64,000 nucleotides of DNA from an uncultured Gaiellales bacterium (GTDB lineage: Bacteria; Actinomycetota; Thermoleophilia; BMS3ABIN01), in assembly GCA_964497425.1 (NCBI GenBank), contig CAZCCR010000002.1, positions 40,336-104,335 on the forward strand, given 5' to 3'. Position numbers and translations under genes: made by a program. The notes beneath the pieces are model-generated. The model did no database searches and had not been told where the DNA came from. It worked only from the letters and a program-made list of their open reading frames with translations. Positions 58,386-64,000 of this stretch are shown here, in pieces. The first letter of the stretch is position 1. Every line of letters begins with the position of its first letter.

Positions 58386-59774
58386 TCAGGCGTTCTGAAG
58401 CCTGTACTTCTCCTTCATCTGGAGGATGCGCAGCACCGACTCGTCTATCCTCTCCTCCGCCAGGCGTCCCGAGCGGACCGCCTCCAGCAGAGCGTCGTAC
58501 ACTGCCGTCTGCACCTGGTAGGTGTGAGCCACGGTGACCATGTCCGCTCCCGCCTCGATTGCGCTAACCGCCGCCTCGCTCTCGTCCATGCTGTCGGATA
58601 TGGCGGCCATCTCCAGGTCATCGACTATGATGACCCCGGTAAAGCCCATCTGGTTCCTGAGCAGGTCGGTCATGATGGGCCGGGAGAGGCTGGCGGGCGT
58701 CTCGGTGGAATCAAGCGCCGGCACCACCAGGTGCCCGACCATTATCATGGGAGCCCCTTCCTGTATCACCGAGTTGAAGGGCAGCAGCTCGTACTGGTCC
58801 AGCAGCTCCCTGCTGGTATACACATAGGGCAGCTCATCGTGTGAGTCGCTGTCGGCGGAACCGTGCCCCGGGAAATGCTTGGGACAGGATATCACCGTGG
58901 ATTTGTTGTAGCCCCGCACCGCCATCACGCCCAGGTCGGCCACAAGTTGCGGGTCGGTGCCGTAGCTGCGCGTGTCCATCACCGAGCCCCAGCCGTCACT
59001 GACGTCCACCACCGGCGCCAGGTTGGTGTTGATGCCGATGCCCTTGAGATCGCGGGCGGTGGAGGAGGCCTGCTGCTCGGATACGTCGGCTCCGATATCG
59101 CCCATCTCGCCGATCATGGGCTCGGAGTAAAAGGGGCCGATGGATTCGAAGCGCCGGGTCTTGCCGCCCTCCTGGTCGATGGCTATCATCAGCCCCGCCG
59201 GCTGTCCCGACTCGGCGGCGAGCGCCTTGAGAGCGCTGTCCATGCCCGCCACCTGCTCTTTGGTGTCGATATTGCGGTCGAACAGGACCAGCGCCCCTAT
59301 CTGCCGCGTCTGGAGCAGGTCGGTGACCTCGGGGCCAACGCCCTGCCCCGGGAAACCGACCATCATCATCTGGCCGATCTTCTGCTCCAGTGTCATGTCC
59401 GCCAAGGCCTGCTGCTCCGGCGAGAGCACCGGCTGCTGCTCCGGATAGGCGTCATCCACCACCGCCCCGGCATCGCCGCCGTCCGTATCACCCGAACCGA
59501 AGGAAAGGTTGTCCGTATACCAGAGAGCGAAGACACCGGCAGCTACAGCCGCAACCACGATGACAGCAAGCAACCCCAGGAAAAAACCGCGGCGATACCA
59601 CGGTTTCCCCTGCCGGCCCCGGCCACCGGGTCCGCCGCTGTAGTCCTGCGTCTTCCTGCCCCGGCGCCCCTTTTGCTTGTACCGGTCCGTCCTCTTGCCG
59701 GTTATGGCCGTATGCTGCTTGCTTTCCCGCCTGCCTTCGTCCGCCAATTCGCCTCCCGCCGTTTGGATGTCCAT
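58386..59774 (-). CDS. nagZ: Membrane-anchored GH3-family beta-N-acetylhexosaminidase (NagZ-like)
   Basis: N-terminal TM anchor, GH3 N-domain motifs KIGQMMMVGF, DQEGG, and KHFPGHG with the catalytic region. Confidence 0.8.
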   Translation of the reverse strand: MDIQTAGGELADEGRRESKQHTAITGKRTDRYKQKGRRGRKTQDYSGGPGGRGRQGKPWYRRGFFLGLLAVIVVAAVAAGVFALWYTDNLSFGSGDTDGGDAGAVVDDAYPEQQPVLSPEQQALADMTLEQKIGQMMMVGFPGQGVGPEVTDLLQTRQIGALVLFDRNIDTKEQVAGMDSALKALAAESGQPAGLMIAIDQEGGKTRRFESIGPFYSEPMIGEMGDIGADVSEQQASSTARDLKGIGINTNLAPVVDVSDGWGSVMDTRSYGTDPQLVADLGVMAVRGYNKSTVISCPKHFPGHGSADSDSHDELPYVYTSRELLDQYELLPFNSVIQEGAPMIMVGHLVVPALDSTETPASLSRPIMTDLLRNQMGFTGVIIVDDLEMAAISDSMDESEAAVSAIEAGADMVTVAHTYQVQTAVYDALLEAVRSGRLAEERIDESVLRILQMKEKYRLQNA

Positions 59775-59829
59775 TCTTATTATACGAGACTGTGCGAAGG
59801 CCCCCTCTTGTGCAAGAGGGAGCCTTCGT

Positions 59830-60228
59830 TTAGCAAGCCTGTAAGCCGGATTTTGTTCTATGCGGCCATCTATCTGGGAAGGACGTCGCCGCCCTCCTCA
59901 AGCAGCCTACCCGAGGGCCGGGCGAGCAACCCGATAGCACCCTCCTATTTGGCCTTGCACCGGGTGGGGTTTACCTGGCAGACGTGTCACCACGCCTCCG
60001 GTGCGCTCTTACCGCACCTTTTCACCCTTACGTGCCGGCGCCGGGGAGACATGCCCCCCGCCACCTAGCCCGCGGTCTGTTTTCTGTGGCACTTGCCTGC
60101 GGGTTTCCCCGACTGGGCGTTACCCAGCACCCTGCTCTGTGGTGTCCGGACTTTCCTCTCCGCCTCAGTTCTTGCCTCCGCCCTAAAAGAGAGCCAGAAA
60201 CAGCGCGGAGCGACCGCTCGGCTTGCAT
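59830..60228 (-). ncRNA. rnpB: RNase P RNA, bacterial type A
   Basis: Minus-strand sequence contains GAGGAAAGUCCGGACACCACAGAGCAGGGUGCUGGGUAACGCCCAG (CR-I/P4) and AGGGUGAAAAGGUGCGGUAAGAGCGCACC (CR-II/III). It also has GCAAGGCCAAAUAGG, ACAGAAC..CCGGCUUACAGG (CR-V), and P1 pairing GCAAGCC/GGCUUGC at the ends. Strong colinearity with E. coli M1 RNA. No real ORF covers it. Confidence 0.9.
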
Positions 60229-60256
60229 ATCTATTTTACCAGCACAGGGGGCATGT

Positions 60257-61285
60257 TTAAACATCCCGGGGCCTCTGTATGCGTACCGTCGGCTCCCCGG
60301 CCGTCGGCTCCCCGGCTGGCGACTGTTGCTCTGCCGGCGGCTGTTGCTCCACCCGGGTCCGGGGCGGCGGCGCCCCCGTTTCCTCCCCGTCCCCACCCGC
60401 TCGGACCTCCATCAACCGCCAGAGCTTGTTTATCTCTCCCCCCACCAGGAAGGTCATGGCGCTTATCCAGAGCCAGACCATCAGCACCACCACCGCCGCC
60501 AGGGTGCCGTAGACCTTGTCGTAGGAGGCGAAGTTGTTGACATAATAGCCGAAACCCAGGGTAGCAATCACCCAGGAGGCCTCCGCCACCACCGTGCCGG
60601 GGCTTATCAGACGCCAGCGGGGACCGCCCTTGACCGAGTAACGGTAGGCGGCCTCGATGGCCAGTATCCCCAGGATGACGATCGCCGGCCAGCGGAGGCG
60701 GCTGAGCCAAAGGGCCGCCGTCTGCGGCGCCCCCGGGTTGTCAGAGAGATAATCGACTATGCCCGGCGCCGCTGTGACGAAGGCGAAGGCGGCGATGAGC
60801 AGGGCGGTGACGTATATGCTCAGTGTGAAAGCCCTCAGCCGCACCTTCAGCCAAGGGCGGGTCTCCCGTATGTTGTAGGCGGCGTTGAGTGAAGTGGTGA
60901 TGCCGGTATAGGCGTTGTTCAGTACGTATACCGTGCCTATCAGGCTGATTATCAACAGTTCCCTGCCACCCTCCAGGGCGTCACGGGCGATGTCGTCGAT
61001 CAGCTCCAGTCCGTCGTCGGGCACCACGCCCTTGAGCTGGTCATGGAGGCCGGAGGCGATGTCGATGCCGGGGATGATGCTGATGAAGCTGACCAGGAAG
61101 ATGGCGCCCACGGGGATGGCGAGGAAGAAGTTGTAGGCGACCATGGCCGCGTGGCCCGTACAGCCGTCTGCGCGCGTATGGATGAAGAGCCGCACCGGGA
61201 AGCCCAGCCACTTGTGGCTGTCGGCCCATCTCTCTATATCTTCATACCTCACCGTTCCATATTCCCCTCGGTTGGAAGAAACCAT
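60257..61285 (-). CDS. YihY/BrkB-family membrane protein (start approximate)
   Basis: Six TM helices with the YihY pattern (VAYNFFLAIPV...LIGTVYVLNNAYTGI) and a Pro/Gln-rich C-terminal tail. Confidence 0.7.
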   Translation of the reverse strand: MVSSNRGEYGTVRYEDIERWADSHKWLGFPVRLFIHTRADGCTGHAAMVAYNFFLAIPVGAIFLVSFISIIPGIDIASGLHDQLKGVVPDDGLELIDDIARDALEGGRELLIISLIGTVYVLNNAYTGITTSLNAAYNIRETRPWLKVRLRAFTLSIYVTALLIAAFAFVTAAPGIVDYLSDNPGAPQTAALWLSRLRWPAIVILGILAIEAAYRYSVKGGPRWRLISPGTVVAEASWVIATLGFGYYVNNFASYDKVYGTLAAVVVLMVWLWISAMTFLVGGEINKLWRLMEVRAGGDGEETGAPPPRTRVEQQPPAEQQSPAGEPTAGEPTVRIQRPRDV

Positions 61286-61534
61286 CTCCCGGACGCTTGC
61301 TATTCTCCCATTTAACGGTCGGGACTGGAAGAAGCGGACCGGAATCGGGGCCGCTGAGGCGGCGGGCGGACAGAGTCGAGAGCATGCAGGGTCTCCATGG
61401 CGCCGGCTGGACAGGGAGTGTGCGAAGGGCAGAAAACGCATGGGTCCATGTCACCGGCTAGATGGGGGATGAGCAGAATACGAGTTATCTGCAGCGGCAG
61501 GTGGACAGGGGCGAGCGGCAAGAGCGGACCGATG

Positions 61535-61564
61535 TTGCCCGCGGGCGGGCCTTTTACCTATAAT
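61535..61564 (+). promoter_or_regulatory. Candidate sigma70-type promoter for tRNA-Leu (TTGCCC-18nt-TATAAT)
   Basis: -10 TATAAT at 61559-61564, about 30 nt upstream of the mature tRNA 5' end. Confidence 0.4.
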
Positions 61565-61593
61565 CCTAGTCCGAGCCTTCTTTTCGCGAAAAT

Positions 61594-61682
61594 GTCGGAG
61601 TGGCGGAATCTGGTAGACGCGCTAGGTTGAGGGCCTAGTGAGCCAATGGCTCATGGGGGTTCAAGTCCCCCCTCCGACACCA
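61594..61682 (+). tRNA. tRNA-Leu (anticodon GAG), class II with long variable arm, encoded CCA
   Basis: Acceptor stem GTCGGAG/CTCCGAC, anticodon stem CTAGG/CCTAG with loop TTGAGGG, 16-nt variable arm, T-arm GGGGG-TTCAAGT-CCCCC, then ACCA. Confidence 0.9.
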
Positions 61683-61864
61683 GCTCTTTTACCTCTGTTC
61701 TACGGTTTTTTTCTTCTTCCCATTAGTGTGAATGCCTGCAAGTTACCTGGTCAAACGGAACTTGAATGGGGCGGGCCTTTTCTCAACTTTTCGCCATCTC
61801 GCTATCCAACCATACCCTGGAAATGCATCACCCACCGCACCGACGCCATGCTCAAGCCAGCACC

Positions 61865-64000
61865 CTACGCCCGCTTCACCTTCCTTCCCACCCCGCCTTT
61901 GCCGCGAATCCATTTCTCCGCGCCGATCACAAGGGAGACGACCACCGACGCGACCAGTATCCGCGCCCAGCTGCCCGGGCCGATGGGCGCGCTGTTAAAC
62001 AGGAAGTGCATCCCCGGCAGATAGGTGAACAGCATCTGCAGCACCAGCATGATCGCCACGCCGCCGAGCACCCACCTGTTGGAGAACAGCCCCAGGCGGA
62101 ACATGGACCTGGTCAGCGAACGGCAGTTGAAGAGGTAGAAGATCTCCGTCATGACGAAGACGTTCACCGCCACGGTGCGCGCTTCGGCCTCCGTCGCGCC
62201 CCGCGCCGTCTCCCACTCGAAGAGGCCGAAAGAGCCCGCCAGCAGCAGCGCGCCCACGATGATGATACGGCCGATGAGCTCCCGCGTAAGAATGGGCGTC
62301 GCCGGGTCGCGCGGCGGCCGCGTCATGATCCCCGGCTCCTTGGGCTCGAAGGCCAGCATCAGCCCCAGCAGCACCGCGGTGGTCATGTTTATCCACAGTA
62401 TCTGCGCCGGCAGTATGGGTAGCGCCACGCCGGCGAAAATCGCCGCCAGGATCACCAGCCCCTCACCCAGGTTGGTGGGAAGGGTCCAGACGATAAACTT
62501 GCTGAGATTGTCGAAGATGCCCCGCCCCTCCTCCACCGCGGCTTCAATGGAGGCGAAATTGTCGTCCGTCAGCACCATGTTGGCGGCTTCCTTGGCCACA
62601 TCGGTGCCGGTGACGCCCATGGCCACGCCGATGTCCGCCCGCCTCAGGGCCGGGGCGTCGTTGACGCCGTCCCCGGTCATGGCCACGACGTTCCCCGTCG
62701 CCTGCAGGGCTTCCACCAGGCGGAGCTTCTGTTCCGGCGTCACCCGGGCGAAGACGCCCGTCTCCCCGGCGATATCGATCAGCTCCCTGTCGGAGGCCTG
62801 CGCCAGGGCCTTCCCGTCAACGACGCGAAGCGGGTCGTGAAGACCGACCTGCTGCGCTATCGAGGAAGCAGTCAGGACATGGTCGCCGGTGATCAGCTTG
62901 ACGCTTATACCCGCTGTGTGGCATTTATCGACGGCGACGATCGCCTCCTTCCGCGGTGGGTCGATCATTCCCTGGAGGCCGAGGAAGGTCATACCGGAGG
63001 CCACATCAGCGTGGCCCAGGCCCGCCGTCCCCGGCCCGGCCTCTCCTTTCGCGAAAGCGAGCAGCCGCATCCCCCCGGCCGCCATCCTCTCCACTTCCTC
63101 CTTTATCCGTGCCGCATCCAGCTCCGTGCTTTGTCCCGTCGCGTCAAGAGCCGAGACGCACCTTGCCAGTATGGTTTCCACCGAGCCCTTGAGGTAGATG
63201 ACGCCGGGCACGCCGGCGCCCGCGTCATGCAGGGTGGCCATGTACTGGTGCTGTGACTCGAAAGGAACGACGTCGATGCGGGGCGATTCCTCCTTTACGG
63301 CAGCCATGTCCAGGCCGGCCTTGGCCGCGGAGACCAGCAGCGCCCCCTCGGTGGGGTCACCCTGCACCGTCCAGCGGCCCTCCTCCTCCACAAGCAGGCT
63401 GTCGTTGCACAGCAGGCCCGCCTTCAGGCATTCCGTCAGTGCCGGCGAGGCGGAGGCATCAACCGCGACTCCCTGCCTGAGGATCCGGCCCGAGGGTGAG
63501 TAGCCGGCCCCGGTCACCTCGAAGCGCTCGCTGCCGGCGGATATCTCCTGCACGGTCATCTGGTTCTCCGTCAGCGTGCCGGTCTTGTCGGAACAGATGA
63601 CCGTCGTGCTGCCCAGGGTCTCCACCGCCGCCAGTTTGCGGATTATGGCCCGTTTGCGCGCCATCCGCGCCACGCCTATGGCCAGAGTTATGGTCATCGC
63701 CGCCGGCAGGCCCTCGGGAATGGCGCCCACCGCCAGGGCCACCACCGCCATGAACATGTCGATCACGGACTCCCCCCGGACCAGTCCCACCATGAAGGTG
63801 ACCGCGGCAAGGGCCAGGATGGCGTAGAGCAGGATGCGGCTGAAGTAGGCGATCTTGCGGGTCAGCGGCGTCTCCAGCGTCTCCGTCTGCGAGATGAGCT
63901 CGGATATGCGCCCCACTTCCGTCTGGTCGCCGATACCGACGATGATACCCGTTCCCTGGCCATAAGTGACCAGGCTCGATGCGTATGCCATGTTGCGCCG
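61865..64000 (-). CDS. P-type cation-transporting ATPase (type IIA Ca2+/Mg2+-like), N-terminus lies beyond the window end
   Basis: Phosphorylation motif CSDKTGTLTEN, nucleotide-binding TGDGVNDAPAL, ten-TM architecture. The ORF runs to the window edge without the actuator domain. Confidence 0.85.
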   Translation of the reverse strand, partial: RRNMAYASSLVTYGQGTGIIVGIGDQTEVGRISELISQTETLETPLTRKIAYFSRILLYAILALAAVTFMVGLVRGESVIDMFMAVVALAVGAIPEGLPAAMTITLAIGVARMARKRAIIRKLAAVETLGSTTVICSDKTGTLTENQMTVQEISAGSERFEVTGAGYSPSGRILRQGVAVDASASPALTECLKAGLLCNDSLLVEEEGRWTVQGDPTEGALLVSAAKAGLDMAAVKEESPRIDVVPFESQHQYMATLHDAGAGVPGVIYLKGSVETILARCVSALDATGQSTELDAARIKEEVERMAAGGMRLLAFAKGEAGPGTAGLGHADVASGMTFLGLQGMIDPPRKEAIVAVDKCHTAGISVKLITGDHVLTASSIAQQVGLHDPLRVVDGKALAQASDRELIDIAGETGVFARVTPEQKLRLVEALQATGNVVAMTGDGVNDAPALRRADIGVAMGVTGTDVAKEAANMVLTDDNFASIEAAVEEGRGIFDNLSKFIVWTLPTNLGEGLVILAAIFAGVALPILPAQILWINMTTAVLLGLMLAFEPKEPGIMTRPPRDPATPILTRELIGRIIIVGALLLAGSFGLFEWETARGATEAEARTVAVNVFVMTEIFYLFNCRSLTRSMFRLGLFSNRWVLGGVAIMLVLQMLFTYLPGMHFLFNSAPIGPGSWARILVASVVVSLVIGAEKWIRGKGGVGRKVKRA

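Noticed and set aside
59984-60892. 302-aa plus-strand ORF and several 60-160-aa ORFs around 60000-60700
   Set aside because: Overlap rnpB (an RNA gene with all conserved regions) and the yihY-family gene on the opposite strand; Arg/Pro-rich artefacts.
61683-61730. Terminator after tRNA-Leu (T-rich: gctcttttacc...cggtttttttc)
   Set aside because: T-tract present, but no convincing upstream hairpin other than the tRNA acceptor/T-arm itself.

Overview
This is a high-GC (roughly 65-70%) bacterial chromosomal segment with nearly all genes on the minus strand. It reads as a Gram-positive/Actinobacteria-like lineage (sepF, divIVA, ftsA and ylxR are present), and there is no sign of horizontal transfer. 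Going from high to low coordinates on the minus strand: a partial P-type ATPase; tRNA-Leu(GAG) on the plus strand; a YihY/BrkB membrane protein; RNase P RNA (rnpB, type A); a GH3 hexosaminidase; a plus-strand accessory block (lipoprotein, DUF3179, split YeeE/YedE sulfur transporter, PfpI/DJ-1) plus a PD40 beta-propeller protein; and the rimP-nusA-ylxR-infB-DUF503-rbfA-truB-ribF operon. Next come a plus-strand YeiH-family transporter and an orphan HAMP-GAF histidine kinase with an 8-Cys insert. After that, rpsO and a long run of tightly packed minus-strand genes, possibly a single transcription unit: pnp, an M16 peptidase, futalosine-pathway menaquinone genes (mqnC/mqnA/mqnE), and a complete hdrCBA-mvhD(flxD)-flxCBA heterodisulfide-reductase/flavin-oxidoreductase module. 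Below those sit an MBL hydrolase, an orphan prepilin peptidase, a TPR protein, and a complete dcw (division/cell wall) cluster: mraZ-rsmH-ftsL-ftsI-[murE missing]-murF-mraY-murD-ftsW-murG-murC-murB-ftsQ-ftsA-ftsZ-pgeF-yggS-sepF-proC-yggT-divIVA. The window ends with yggU-like, dksA/traR-like, lspA, rluD, a CbiA-family (DsrN-like) amidase and a partial NarI/DsrM-like heme-b membrane subunit. The most notable points are the Flx-Hdr module joined to mqn genes, the DsrN/DsrM-like pair, the absence of murE from an otherwise canonical dcw cluster, a clear triple GTGG(G) MraZ-operator repeat, a MITE-like 24-bp inverted repeat upstream of the CbiA/DsrN gene, and an untranslated rnpB. All calls come from reading the sequence and the ORF translations; no database searches were possible.
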